Source: Podarcis muralis
Lineage: Eukaryota
Assembly (NCBI RefSeq): GCF_964188315.1
Contig: NC_135661.1
Span: 77,252,001-77,316,000, forward strand
DNA length: 64,000 nucleotides
Reading direction: 5' to 3'
Part shown: piece by piece, positions 21,880-35,177 of the stretch
Position numbering within the stretch: position 1 is the first letter of the stretch
How the letters are laid out: each line of letters opens with the position of its first letter
Notes under the pieces: model-generated
The model's database searches: none
What the model was told of the DNA's origin: nothing
Seen by the model: the letters and a program-made list of their open reading frames with translations, nothing else
Program-made: the position numbers and the translations under genes

Positions 21880-22709
21880 TGTGACTGCAGAAATGGATAA
21901 AAGCCCCCCATCCAAATAATGACTATCATCAGTGCAGGTAAGGAAAAAAAATAATTTTAATTTTTATCATCTACAATACTGTCTTATTTATTTTATAATA
22001 CAGTACATTGCCAACAAAGGTCCGTATAGTTAAAGCTATGGTTTTCCCGGTAGTGATGTATGGAAGTGAGAGCTGGACCATAAAGAATTGGCTGATCGCC
22101 AAAGAATTGATGCTTTTGAATTATGGTGCTGGAGGAGACTCTTGAGAGTCCCATGGACTGCAAGAAGATCAAACCTATCCATTCTGAAGGAAATCAGCCC
22201 TGAGTGCTCACTGGAAGGACAGATCCTGAAGCTGAGACTTCAATACTTTGGCCACCTCATGAGAAGAGAAGACTCCCTGGAAAAGACCCTGATGTTGGGA
22301 AAGATGGAGGGCACAAGGAGAAGGGGACGACAGAGGACGAGATGGTTGGATAGTGTTCTCGAAGCTACCAGCATGAGTTTGACCAAACTGCGGGAGGCAG
22401 TGGAAGATAGAAGTGCCTGGCGTGCTCTGGTCCATGGAGTCACGAAGAGTCGGACACGACTAAATGACTAAACAACAACAACAACACAGTACATTGATTA
22501 TTGCTTTCATTTTATGGATCAATGGTATTGTCTTGTTAGATAGGAAAATCCATGTTAAATTGCTGTGTTAGGGGTTGTTTTTAAAAGTCTGGAATGGATT
22601 AATCCATTTTGCATTACTTTCTATGGAAAAGCATGCCTTGGTTTTAGAATGCTTTGGTTTTGGAACAGACTTCCGGAATGGATTAAGTTTGGGAACCAAG
22701 TTACCACTG
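21880..22709. mobile_element. Tc1/mariner (Tigger-like) non-autonomous element carrying a BovB insertion
   Basis: Right end ...aagttaccactg-TA; left boundary approximate. Confidence 0.55.
22011..22485 (+). mobile_element. BovB (RTE) LINE 3' fragment
   Basis: IDAFELWCWRRLLRVPWTARRSN...RWLDSV; (CAA)n tail; 11-bp TSD ACAGTACATTG at 22000-22010 and 22486-22496. Confidence 0.92.
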
Positions 22710-22783
22710 TATTTGTGCTGAATCTTCCACCATTCCGTTTATTGCATGTCCTCAAATGCAAGTGTTACAAGAGAGGGAGGAAA

Positions 22784-22835
<52 letters not shown>

Positions 22836-22854
22836 AAATAAATAAATAAATAAC

Positions 22855-23470
22855 TAACCAGAAGGCCCTCGGAGCTGGACCTCAGTGTCCAGGCTGAATG
22901 ATGGGGGTGGAGATGCTCCTTCAGGTATGCTGGGCCGGGCCACTTAGGGCTTTAAAGGTCAGCGCCAACACTTTTAATTGTACTCGGAAAAATCCTGGAA
23001 GCCAATTTAGGTCTTTCAGAACCAGTGTTATATGGTCTTTGTGGTTACTCCCAGTCACCAGTCTAGCTCCCGCATTGTGGATTAATTGTAGTTTCCGGGT
23101 CACCTTCAAAGGTAGCCCCACGTAGAGCACATTGCAGTAGTCCAAGTGGGAGATAACCAGAGCATGCACCACTCTGGCGAGACAGTCCATGGGCAGGAAG
23201 GGTCTCAGCCTGTGTACCAGATGGAGCTGGGAGACAGCTGTCCTGGACACAGAAGTGACCTGCGCCTCCATGGATAGCTGTGAGTCCAAAATGACACCCA
23301 GGCTGTGCACCTGGTCCTTCAGGGGCACAGTTACCCCATTCAGGACCAGGGAGTCCCCCTCACCCACCCACCTCCTGTCCCCCCAAAACAGTACTTCTGT
23401 CTTGTCAGCCTCAATCTGTTAGCCGCCATCCATCCCCCAACCACCTCCAGACATTCACAGAGGACATTCT
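22855..23470 (-). mobile_element. L2 fragment
   Basis: Same family as 18165-19345 (ORF 22921-23367); preceded by (TAAA)n. Confidence 0.85.
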
Positions 23471-23986
23471 CCGCTATTCACCACCCACTCTCTCCATGCC
23501 ATGGATAAGAGAGGGAGAGGAAGGAGCAGGGTGGGGCACAAACTTAGTCTGCTTGATGGGAGACAAGCTCAGCCGCAGTGCCTCAGGGGAAACAAAGGGG
23601 AACATAAAAAAGCTTGAGATGGAGAACATGAGGGGTGCGGCCTTGCAACACCGTTCAACAACAAGGAGAACCAGCACACATTTCTCCCCCCTCCTCCATG
23701 GAGAAACAGGGAACATGTTGGGATACCTAGGGCCCTAAATAAGGATCCCAGTGTTGGGACACTTGGCCCTCATTCCCTGCCAGAAAGACCATCTCCAGGC
23801 TCTCCCCCTAAGACCCACGGGGGGGGGGGGCAGACAGCAGTGGCATAGCATGGGTGGCCAGCAGCCAGGGCCACATGGAGAGGGTGTGGGAGGAAAGGAA
23901 ATGGACAGAGTACACATGGACATTCAACTGCCTAATGGCCTCTGCATCACCCAGAAGCTGCAGAGATGAGAGAAAAAGAGTTGTTC

Positions 23987-24520
23987 TGTTGTCTGAAGAG
24001 GTCAATTCCTGGTTCACATGGAGAAGTCATTCATTTGTTGAATGGTCTCTTTAAATTTGAAGGTTCATTATTGTTCCACAAAATGTGCGTGTCTTTAAGG
24101 GCCAGAGCAAATAACGTGACCCAGTTTTACAGCTGTGAAGAAGTATAGCAGGTGCTGTTAAGTTGTGTTAATTAAGCTGTGTCAGCAATTGGGTATAGTA
24201 TATAAAGAGCTCTGACCAAACTGCGGGAAGTAGTGGAGGACAGAGGTGCCTGGCGTGCTCTGGTCCATGGGGTCACGAAGAGTCGGACACGACTGAACGA
24301 CTAAACAACAACAACAACAACAAATATAAAGAGCAGCACCTAGCTCTCTCAGTCCCCGGGGGTTGGGTTGGTGGATAGGTTATGCTTATTGATATGTTTA
24401 GTGTAAAAGGAGTTTTTGTTTTTGTTATTAAAACCTAGCTAAAGTTATTTTGCGTTCCTTGTAATGTGTGGTCTCCCCAGCACGCTTTCTGCAGCGCAAC
24501 TAATCTGCAAATAGCCAACA
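23987..24520 (+). mobile_element. Solo LTR with a BovB tail inserted at its TATA box
   Basis: TGTTG...CAACA termini; 4-bp TSD GTTC at 23983-23986 and 24521-24524; BovB 24211-24323 with 11-bp TSD ATATAAAGAGC. Confidence 0.75.
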
Positions 24521-24857
24521 GTTCTGTTGTCTGAAGAGGTCAATTCCTGGTTCACATGTCAATTCCTGGTTCACAAGTCATTTTCAACAGAGCCCAGCAA
24601 CGGAAGCACACACATCTGTATTGAGGCTGCACTGGTTGGTGAAATTTTGCACCCCTAACCATTTTGCTCCTGGGGCAACCATCCCTGTGTCCCCCCCTCC
24701 CACATACTATGCCACTATGCCACAGCCAGGGCCAGGAAAAAAAGGTTTAACAAAGGAGTGGTTCCAAGCATTTCTCCGCAAAGTTAAGGCCAAACAAGTA
24801 CAAGCCAAATGCAATTCTACTTTTCCTATCTGGACATATAACATTGATGACTTACAG

Positions 24858-24993
24858 CAGGCTTCCTCAACCTCGGCCCTCCAGATGTTTTTGGCCTACA
24901 ACTCCTATGATCCCTGGCTAGCAGGACCAGTGGTCAGGGATGATGGGAATTGTAGTCTCAAAACATCTGGAGGGCCGAGGTTGAGGAAGCCTG
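24858..24993. mobile_element. Palindromic hAT-type MITE
   Basis: TIR caggcttcctcaacctcggccctccagatgttt with its exact complement; near-perfect 8-bp TSD (a/c)cttacag. Confidence 0.85.
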
Positions 24994-25272
24994 CCTTACA
25001 GCATGTCTGATTTGCCTAATCTTGGGGTAGTTGATTCTCATGAGACTAAGAGATTCTGTTTTATACTTTGTGCATACCAGTTATCAAAGTCACCAGGCTA
25101 CGCCAGAGCTTCATCTCTTCAAATGACACAGATCACCCATGCAAATGTTCTGCAGCCTCTTTAATCCAGCCCTGGCAAATGGGACTAATTTGGAGAGGGA
25201 AACCTCTGTTGAAGTGGCCGGAAACATGTACCTTCCTCATTTTAGTATGCTGTTAGCCAAAAATATAGAAAC

Positions 25273-25722
25273 TGTTATAAGACAAATCTGCTCCTTTTCC
25301 CTTATGGGGTACCCAAGAGCCCGTATAGAGTCCTTATGTAGGTTCTCTATCGGTAGGAGAAAATAACGGAGGCCAGCCAGAGAACATTAAGAAGCAAAAC
25401 AACTGGTAAGCAGGATCTTTATTAAACTGTTGCGACAGGGTGCTCACCCCCCCCCTCCCAAGCAGGAGGGAGGAGGAACCCAGAACAATGGTGTGCAAGC
25501 CCTTATATAGACTTTTGAAATTGCCACCCTGTAGCTCAAGACCCCCCCCCCCAATACATCATACATACATCCTACAGAAGGGGCGGTCTACAGCAGAATC
25601 CTTTCTGGCAAGAAACATGTTAATGCATTTACCTGGAAAGCCTGGCTATTCTTTTGTGATGATAAATACTTAATTCCTGAGTCCAGGTCACAGGCTCGCC
25701 CTGTTCATACCACTACACCACA
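25273..25722 (-). mobile_element. Probable ERV-type solo LTR
   Basis: TG...CA ends; minus-strand TATATAA at 25502-25510 and AATAAA at 25418-25423 in U3-R order; no TSD found. Confidence 0.6.
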
Positions 25723-27313
25723 CTGCAGAGGAACATCTGAGGTCACTGAAAGAGTCAAAATGGCTTTAGGACTGTTTTCCTATACTGTTTCAGACATGTG
25801 GTTTATATATTTGTGTATGTGTTTGCCTGGTGCATTTATAAACATTTGTTTTATGTCTTAGATCTTATAAACTCATAACGGACACTAACAGAAAGTGCAT
25901 CCAAGTCGCAATGCAGACAGAAAAATGCTGGTTGCCGATAGAAGCTAATCTTCTTGCCACACACAACTTTGGATCCTTGGCCCAAAGTCAAGCTGCTGAT
26001 TGATCCTGTTCCCCTGCTCCCATTTTGCTCTGCAGCTTGCAAACAAATTTGAAAGTCTCCCACTTTGCTGCTGGCTGGAGTTAATGGTGAGAAGTCATGG
26101 AAGTAGATGCTGCAACCAGTACTGAAAGAGTTTTGCTTGGGGAGGTGGCTGCACTACATGCCAATTTATTTTGTTATAAAATCTTATGTTTCTGGCCTAT
26201 GTTCCAGAAGACGCATGGCACTAAGTAGGAAGGAAGCTATGCATTATTTGCCCTAGCAACAACTGCCTCTACCCCTCCCTTTCTCAGATATCTTTAAAGG
26301 GAGATGGAGTATTATTTTATCCAGAGTTCTGGAGGGGAGAAGTTGCGTTTAGGTGGTATCTGTGTGAGCCAGGAAGGAATGCAGGGCCTCAGATGGGAAA
26401 TCAAGGAGAGACGCCTTCTAAATTTAAACAGCCTGTTCCCAAAAGTAACTCTGGTTGTACAGTTACATAAAGTCCAGTGGCTGACAGATGAAAAACAGGC
26501 ACGCTGTTGTAACACTCCCATCTATGAAACATGAGCCCCACTTTACTGGGGATGAACTCCTCCAGTGTTTCATCTTCATTTACTGTAATACAGCTGCTTC
26601 TTCACTCTCATCCAACCCACGCACCCTCCCAGCAATGGGGCGGGGGGAGAATGAGATTATGTACGTTGTTTGTTATCGTTAAAAATCTATTTGTCCCAGA
26701 GTAGGGGAAGTGGTGTGTGTGTGTGTGTGTGTGTGAAATCAACGTCAGATAAAATGTTCCCACAAACCAAAGTAGACCTCAGAAACTGAGAAACTAGCAA
26801 GCTGTGTGCATTCCATGGCGCCTTAGGGTAGTGATGTGTGAACATGTCTTAATCCTTCTGCCATTCATTTTCATCCTGTGTTTTTTTCATTCTCCTGCAA
26901 TTGGTCTGTTTTGCACAAGAGTTTCTTCCATTCACTGACACAGAAATATACCTTCTTCTCCACCTTTTTTTTATTTTGCAAATATTGCAGGTACACGATA
27001 GACCTTCACATCTCAGTCATCAACAGGTACTGTTACAAATCTATCGCCTTCTTAGCATGTTCCCTTCCAAACATAATTAATTTCCAGAGTGGCAGCCCTG
27101 TTAAGTCTTTTGCAGAGAAAACAACACAGATTCTTCTGGCACCTAAAATACAAAGTGAAACGGCTAATGGCCCATCACAAACCCATTAGCGTCTGCCATC
27201 CTAATCACATCTACTCAGAATTAAATCCCATGGAATTGAATTGAGCTGACCCCCAGGAAAGTGGGGCTAGGACTGCAGCCTTGCTTACATGATTTCATTG
27301 TACAGTCTAAACT

Positions 27314-27707
27314 GTTGTTGTTGTTTAGTCGTTTAGTCGTGTCCGACTCTTCGTGACCCCATGGACCAGAGCACGCCAGGCACCTCTGTCCTCCACTACC
27401 TCCCGCAGTTTGGTCAAACTCATGCTGGTAACCTCAAAAACACTATCCAACCATCTCGTCCTCTGTCGTCCCCTTCTCCTTGTGCCCTCCATCTTTCCCA
27501 ACATCAGGGTCTTTTCCAGGGAGTCTTCTCTTCTCATGAGGTGGCCAAAGTACTGGAGCCTCAGCTTCACGATCTGTCCTTCCAGTGAGCACTCAGGGCT
27601 GATTCCCTTAAGAATGGATGCATTTGATCTTCTTGCAGTCCATGGGACTCTCAAGAGTCTTCTCCAGCACCATAATTCAAAAGCATCAATTCTTCGGTGA
27701 TCCGCCT
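27314..27707 (-). mobile_element. BovB 3' fragment
   Basis: ORF 27325-27654; TSD TCTAAACT at 27306-27313 and 27708-27715. Confidence 0.9.
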
Positions 27708-27715
27708 TCTAAACT

Positions 27716-27933
27716 AGGCATGTCCAAAGTCCATTTTGGGGACATAATCCGGCCCGCCGGTCGGTTTAATCCAGCCCCTGTGGCAGTTTATTTCCTGGGG
27801 TAAAATCCTAAAAAACCCTCAACAACTTCAACCCTAAAAAAAGTTGAACAACTTCGGTTGGCCCATTGGTCGGCCCTCACGGCCCTTCACTTCATCAAAT
27901 CTGGCCTTCTTTGAAAAAAGTTTGGATACCACT
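27716..27933. mobile_element. hAT-type MITE
   Basis: aggcatgtccaaagt...aagtttggataccactg termini with ggcccg internal motifs. Confidence 0.6.
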
Positions 27934-28154
27934 GGCTAAAGTCTGTGCTATTTCTCGAGAAAAAGAGATGCCGGAGCTCACCATGAACTTCTCCCTTGTT
28001 CTCTAAGAATGGCAATGGACTCCGAGAGGTGGGCTCTGGCTGAAAAAAAAGCATTCGTAAAGAATAGTTGACATTTTGTTCATGCCCTGGGTTGTAGGCA
28101 TATTAAATATTTTACAAGCACTCTAATGTGACTTATTAAAGTCATTTTTGTAAT

Positions 28155-28380
28155 ACAGTGGTACCTCAGGTTACGAACTTAATTCGTTCCGGAGGTCCGT
28201 TCTTAACCCGAAACTGTTCTTAACCTGAAGCGTGCTTTCACTAATGTGGCCTCTTGCTGCTGCCGTGCCACTGACATGCAATTTCCATTCTCATCCTGGG
28301 GCAAAGTTCGCAACCCACAGCAACTACTTCCGGGTTAGCAGAGTTTGTCACCCAAAGCATTTGTAACCCAAGGAACTTCA
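28155..28380. mobile_element. Tc1/mariner (Tigger-like) MITE
   Basis: TA-cagtggtacctcaggtt left end; same family as 38633-38858. Confidence 0.65.
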
Positions 28381-28746
28381 TAAATGTGTATTTTATGCAG
28401 GAAATAGCTGTGTTTGCCTCTGCTGAAACATAATGCTTGAATGAACTTATACTTTAAATATTTGTAGTAAATATGACTTTATGTTTGACACCTTGAAACC
28501 CTCAGGTTGTAACTGAAGAGGAGCATAGGCAAAGTCGACAGGTTACTCCATACTCTCCAACATTTATCCGATGAAACCAGTCCTAAGGAAAAGCAGGACA
28601 TCGGAAAACAGGATAGCTTCTGTAAATGCGGGACTGTCCCTGGAAAACAGGGACACTTGGAGGGTCTGCATGTTTGTGTGTATGTTGTGTACAGCCCTAT
28701 TATGTTATGTACACTATGGCAGACTTGTCGCTGCAGAGGAGAGAGA

Positions 28747-29018
28747 TCAAGTGAAGCGCTTTATCAGCCAGGATGAGAGACTGGGTGGAACGCAGAAGGA
28801 GGACACTGGAAGCAGCAGTGTGCAGAGGAAAAGGGTCCCCAGCCAGGAGTGTTGGTGGTGAAGACAGGCAGCATTCTTCGCAGAAGGGGCTGCGTAGCAT
28901 TCCCTGACTGTGGACAGTGTGTAAGTGTAAACACCAGCAAAAACAGCCATCCCCTTGCTATGCTCGCAGACGCTGGGCACAGCACAACCTCTGGCTGCAA
29001 ACCTTTCATTCGCAGCAA
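28747..29018 (-). CDS. Gene 2 exon 5 (coding part)
   Basis: 272 nt, long polypyrimidine tract then ttgcag|TT; ARGC...C...C, hydrophobic tail, TGA. Confidence 0.88.
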
Positions 29019-32000
29019 CTGCAAAGCAAAAAAAAAAGAAGAGGCAGAGTCATGTCTCATGGATCCTTCATTTGCTTTTGTTTTTCTTTAATCTCCACAC
29101 ATGGTGTTTTGTTCTGAGCTCTGTTAAGCTCCGGTCAGTGTCATTGCCTTGGTGTAAGCCGAAACCTTCGAGTAGAATTAAATCTGATCTACCCTGCTGT
29201 AAAACCAATGAATTTTCTTTGGGCTCTTTCTGGTTCTCTTGAACTCCCCGGGCTTCTAGGCCCCATCTGGGCTATCCATTTTAAGCAGTATCAAGTCGCT
29301 TTAAACATCCACAGATTCCCCCAAAGAATCCTGGGAGTTGTCATTTGTTAAGGGTGCTGAAAGGAGACTCATGTTCCCCAACAATTCCCAGAATAGTTTA
29401 ATAAATCCATCCCTCTTTTCAGGGAACTCTGGGGACTGTATCTGGGAGGCAGAGGGAATAAGGAGTTTGCTAAGAACTCTCAGCACCCTTAACAAACTAC
29501 AGTTTCCAGGATTCTTTGGAAGAAGCCAGGACTGTTTATAGTGGCAAAAGATAGACATAATATTTTACAATGACAGGAAGAAACATTATGGACAGAATAA
29601 CTGCCACACACAGGAAGAACTATGAGAGAGTTTGAATGCTTCTCCTGTAGCTTTATAAATCATTTAATGTGTCAGTACGAATGGAAGTCGTTAAAACTGC
29701 AGTTGCTGTATAAGGGATTGTTATTTTGAGTGCAGCATAACTGAAATTTATAAGATTTTGGAACGCTGAAATAAAGTAAATCATCCAACCATCAATTCTA
29801 GCTCGTGGGGTGGGGGGGGGCACCCAATTTGTCATCTGAATGATTGGTATTACTACTTGTATTATAATTTGGCATTGTTATAATGAGGCTGTTATTGTAA
29901 TTGAAAACTAATAAAAATTATTATCAAAAAAGAGTACTGTTTATAGTTGTATGATACTGCTTTAGCCCTGCTGCTGAACAGAGTTTTTGGGGAAAGGAGT
30001 AAGTTACAGCAGCGGGATTTACCCCCGTTTAAATTGCATTAGCTTCTTAGAGTTTATATTTGTCTCTGTACCACAAACTCACTGATGGCAACTCTCTTAA
30101 TTCATCCTCATGTGGAAAATAAACCCATCACCATCCCAGCTGGGTCGCTCTGGCCAGTTTGGTGTACTGTAGTTCTTAAAGTGTGGGACTAGGAGCTAGG
30201 AGATTGTGGTACAAATCCCCTCTCAGCTGTGAAGCTCATTGGGTGACCTTTGGCTAGTCATCTGCCTCTCAGTCTAACTTGCCTCACAAGGTTGTTGTGA
30301 GGAGGAAATGGGGAGGAGGGAAACTCTGAATGGAGCTCCTTGAAAAAAAGGTGGGGGTATAAATGCTTTTTAGCATCCTAAAAAGCAGAGACATCACCTT
30401 GCCAACAAAGGTCCGTATAGTTAAAACTATGGTTTTTCCAGTAGTGATGTATGGAAATGAGAGCTGGACCATAAAAAAGGCTGATCGCCAAAGAATTGAT
30501 GCTTTTGAATTATGGTGCTGGAGGAGACTCTTGAGAGTCCTATGGACTGCAAGAAGATCAAACCTATCCATTCTGAAGGAAATCAGCTCTGAGTGCTCAC
30601 TAGAAGGACAGATTGTGAAGCTGAGGTTCCAATACTTTGGCCACCTCATGAGAAGAGAAGACTCCCTGGAAAAGACCCTGATGTTGGGAAAGATGGAGGG
30701 CACAAGGAGAAGGGGATGACAGAGGACGAGATGGTTGGACAGTGTTCTTGAAGCTACGAACATGAGTTTGACCGAACTGTGGGAGGCAGTGGAAGACCGG
30801 AGTGCCTGGCGTGCTCTGGTCCAAGGAGTCACAAAGAGTCAGACACGACTAAACGACTAAACAGCAACAAATGCAATAAAAAATAAGCATTTAAAGCAGT
30901 ATCATGCCACCTTAAAGAGTTGCGGCTTCCCAAAAGCACAGAACTACAATTTGCAAAATTCCCACAAAAGAGAAGTAGACTATTAAATCACTATGAGAAC
31001 TGTAGCTCTGTGAGGAAAATAGGGGTTCTCCTAGCAAAACTCGGCAACAAACTACAGCTCCCAGGATTCTTTGGGGGAAGCCATGACTGTTTAAAGTGGC
31101 ATGATACTGCCTTAAACATATAGTGCAAATGGAGCTGTGTACTAGATTCTTAATTTCAGGGTTGTGGGTTAAAGCCCCACATTGGGCAAAAGATTCCTGT
31201 GTTCCGGGGGGGGGGGGGGGTTAGACTCGATGATCCCATGGTGTCTTCCAACTGATTCATGTCAGTTGAATTCAGCTCTCTTCCTCAGCTTTGTTCCCTG
31301 CTGACTTACCTTCTACTGATTCCAGAATGCCTGTAATGTGAACGCAATGGTCCTCTGTTCCAGTACAATCCATGGACCCTTCAGCTTCACACGAATGCGA
31401 ATCTTTCGCATAGCAAGCTGGGCAGGTGAAGCCGTTCCTTGTCGTATTGACTGGGGGTACTGGGAGGAAGGAAAGGGAATACAATCACAGGAGTCAGAAT
31501 GCAACAGAACGAACCCAAGAAAGGATGGATCAATGAACCACCCAAAGCCCACACTATTCAACGCCTTTCCTCCCAGGCTTCGGCAGGTAGAAACACATCT
31601 GTAGCAAGATCCACTGGGAAGAGCAGGGCTAGGATCCAGCAGATTTCTGCCTGAGCTGGCAGTTTCCCAGCACAGCCAGGCGGTGCTAGCTTAGCTCCCT
31701 CATCTTCACCTCGGCCAGAGATATGACAGCATTTCTCTCCCAACCTGGCTCAGCCAGGCGCCAGTTGGGTGAGCTGAGCTGGGTGAAGGCTGGACCAAAG
31801 AGGGGAGAGTTAGGCTGGATCCTATGCCCAATCAGCTTGGTCACGTGACCTGGCAACATGGCATAAATTATGCAGAAAAAAAGGGTGCAGTAACTCAAAC
31901 CCTATTTTACAGGCTTGTTTTCCCCACTGCCAGGCTTAGGTCATCTCAGACAACCATGGCACCTGAATCAAATTTGTATTTTGTGTGCTTTCTGCTGGCT

Positions 32001-33067
32001 TAATTTACACTGGAACTGTTTAACACCCACTGTACAATTAGTCCTCTGCAGGAGGGGGAATTTGGTCTGTTTTTGTTTTATTTTGTATTCTTCGTTTCTA
32101 GTTTTCTGGTGTGAACCACCCTGGGGTCTTCAATCGAAGGGCAGTACAGTTGTACCTTGGAAGTCAAACAGAATCCATTCTGGAGGTCTGTTCGAATTCC
32201 AAAACGTTTGGAAACCAAACCGCGGCTTCTGATTGGCTGCAGGAAGCTCCTGCAGCCAATCGGAAGCCACAGAAGCCTGACGGGCGTTTGGCTTCCGAAA
32301 ACCGTTCAAAAACCTGAACGCTCACTTCCGCACTTCCAGGTTTTGATCATTCGGGAGCCGATTTGTTCAGGAGCCAAGGCATTTGACATCCAAGGTATGA
32401 CTGTATACAAATTTAATAAATAATAATAAAATGGTGGTGGTGGTGGTGGTGGTGATGATGATGATGATGATGATGATGGGGAGGGAAGAGTTGCAGCATG
32501 ACTATGGTACTCACAGTCATTTATCCATTTTGCCTGGGGGCTTCGAAAAGGTTGCCAGCCCCTGCTTTAAAATAAGCAAAAGAGCTCTATGGTGTCCTTG
32601 TCATTTATTACAGCACCCCCTTCAGGCCTGGAGACGCATCTTCAAAGCCAGGCAAGTACAGGAGATACATACATTTAGCCATTTGCTTCTGGCAGCCCTC
32701 TCTCTTACAGCACACGGCGCTTCTTCGCAGCATGATCCCAGGCCCAACGGTCATGGTCCGGATGCCAGCTTTGCAAGCTCTGTGCCCAGTGCAGGACTTC
32801 AAGGAACCTGCAAATGCCACAACGCCTAGGCGAAGAAAGAAAGAGTTTGAAAAGGGAAGGAAACGCTGATAGATCAGTGCAGGGCTGGGCAGAAGGTGAA
32901 TCAGAAATAACTATGAGGTCTCCAGAGGTCCATTCACACATTACACCGAACTATCTCTGCACATGCATAAGTTTACGTGTTGATTTTTAATGTTTGACAT
33001 TTTATTAAGTTTTTATATGTGCTGGTAGCTGCCCAGGGTAGCTAGGGAAACCCAGTCAGATGGGCGG

Positions 33068-33118
<51 letters not shown>

Positions 33119-35120
33119 TATTGCTTATACCCCCCCTCCATCTGTCTGGGTGGCTCCCAACATAATATTAAAAACATGATAAAACATCAAACGTTAAAAA
33201 CTTCCCTAAACAGGGCTGCCTTCAGATGTTTTCTAAAAGTCAGGTAGTTGTTTATTTCCTTGACATCTGATGGGGAAAAGAGGGGGCAAATTGCATTAGA
33301 AACATTATTTCCATATATGCCTAGAAATCTGTTGAATCCTAATGGTTTTACTATCAAAATAAAAATCAGACGGTATTACAGTCATACCTCATGTTACGTT
33401 TGCTTCATGTTACACTTTTTCAGGTTGCGCCCCACAGCAACCCCGAAGTACCGGAAAGGGTTACTTCTGGGTTTCGCCACTCACGCATGCACAGTAGCGC
33501 TAAATCGCACTTCATGCATGTGCACAAGCACCAAATCACGCCGTGCACCTGTGCAGATACGGCGCTTCAGGTTGTGGGCTTTTCACATTGCGAACAGGCC
33601 TCCGGAATGGATCCCATTCGCAACCAGAAGTACCTTTGTAATGCTAAGAAGCAGTGACACCTGCTGGACAAATATCAGAAGATAGATTTATATCTGGAAA
33701 AGACCCTGATGATGGGAAAGATGGAGGGCACAAGGAGAAGGGGACAACAGAGGATGTGATGGTTGGATAGTGTTCTCGAAGCTACAAGCATGAGTCTGAC
33801 CAAACTGTGGGAGGCAGTGGAAGACAGGAGTGCCTGGCGTGCTCTGGTCCATGGGGTCACGAAGAGTCGGACACGACTAAACGACTAAACAACAACAACA
33901 GATTTATATGGTTGAGAGCAGTAACAGTCTAGAGTCTTTTGGGCAGTATGAGCTGAGGTTAATTAATTCAGGATTACTTGTTTTAGGCTCCAAAAGACTG
34001 AATGTAAATTAAGGAGTGAATGTATGTTAATTTATGTTGAGGTATGCTAATTTATTTAGTGGACGCGGGTGGCGCTGTGGGTTAAACCACAGAGCCTAGG
34101 ACTTGCTGTTCAGAAGGTCGGCGGTTCGAATCCCCACGACGGGATGAGCTCCCGTTGCTCGGTCCCTGCTCCTGCCAACCTAGCAGTTCGAAAGCACGTC
34201 AAAGTGCAAGTAGATAAATAGGTACTGCTCCGGCGGGAAGGTCAACGGCGTTTCCGTGCGCTGCTCTGGTTCGCCAGAAGCGGCTTAGTCATGCTGGCCA
34301 CATGACCCGGAAGCTGTATGCAGGCTCCCTCGGCCAATAAAGCGAGATGAGCGCCGCAACCCCAGAGTCGTTCGCGACTGGACTTAACGGTCAGGGGTCC
34401 CTTTACCTTATGTTAATTTATTTAGCAAATTTCTACGCTGCTTTTCAGCAACAGAAAGTTCACATAGCCAAAGGTGGCTTACAAACCTGTTCTAATAATG
34501 CTGTTTAAAATCTGAGGACAGGTGGGCTTTCCTATGAAGATCTTCCACCCTTAAAGCAAAAGAAGAGACTCTCCCACCTTACGCCTGACAGCTTTCACAG
34601 TTTTGGACTGTCTTGGAGAGCAACCCCTCCCTGTCCTCTCCTCCTAAAGACCAAAATTAGGAATGGGTCAGAGAGTGTCCAGGCCAGGAGGACAGGGCTA
34701 TAATAAATATATCTCCTATCCACTCTCACCAACCCTACTAGTTTGGAGCACAGGGTTATGAGTTTTGGAGCCAGTCAGAACAATAACATAAACAACCAGT
34801 TATGCATTGATACTAAACCCCCAGTGCTGGTCTTTCGTTCATACAATTGAAGAAAGCATCCCTATCTATCTGAAATCTTTAATCATAAATATGATGACGA
34901 CTGCTGCAAAAACAGTAGTGTGAAAAACTGGGGGGGGGGGGAGGGGGATACGTAAGCCCCACATATAAGGGAGCAGTTGCAGAAATATTTAGAAATGGCA
35001 CACCAGCTGATTTAGCTGATAGGAGAAAGGCAACTTTTCAGCTCAGTGAGTTGATAGAAAGATAGGCTTGCTTCATCAATTGCTGGAATGAAAATTATGG
35101 AAAGGTAAGTCTTGAAAGAC

Positions 35121-35177
<57 letters not shown>

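Noticed and set aside
26991-27026. Plus-strand 36-nt segment with acceptor- and donor-like flanks
   Set aside because: No partner exons or recognisable product on the plus strand.
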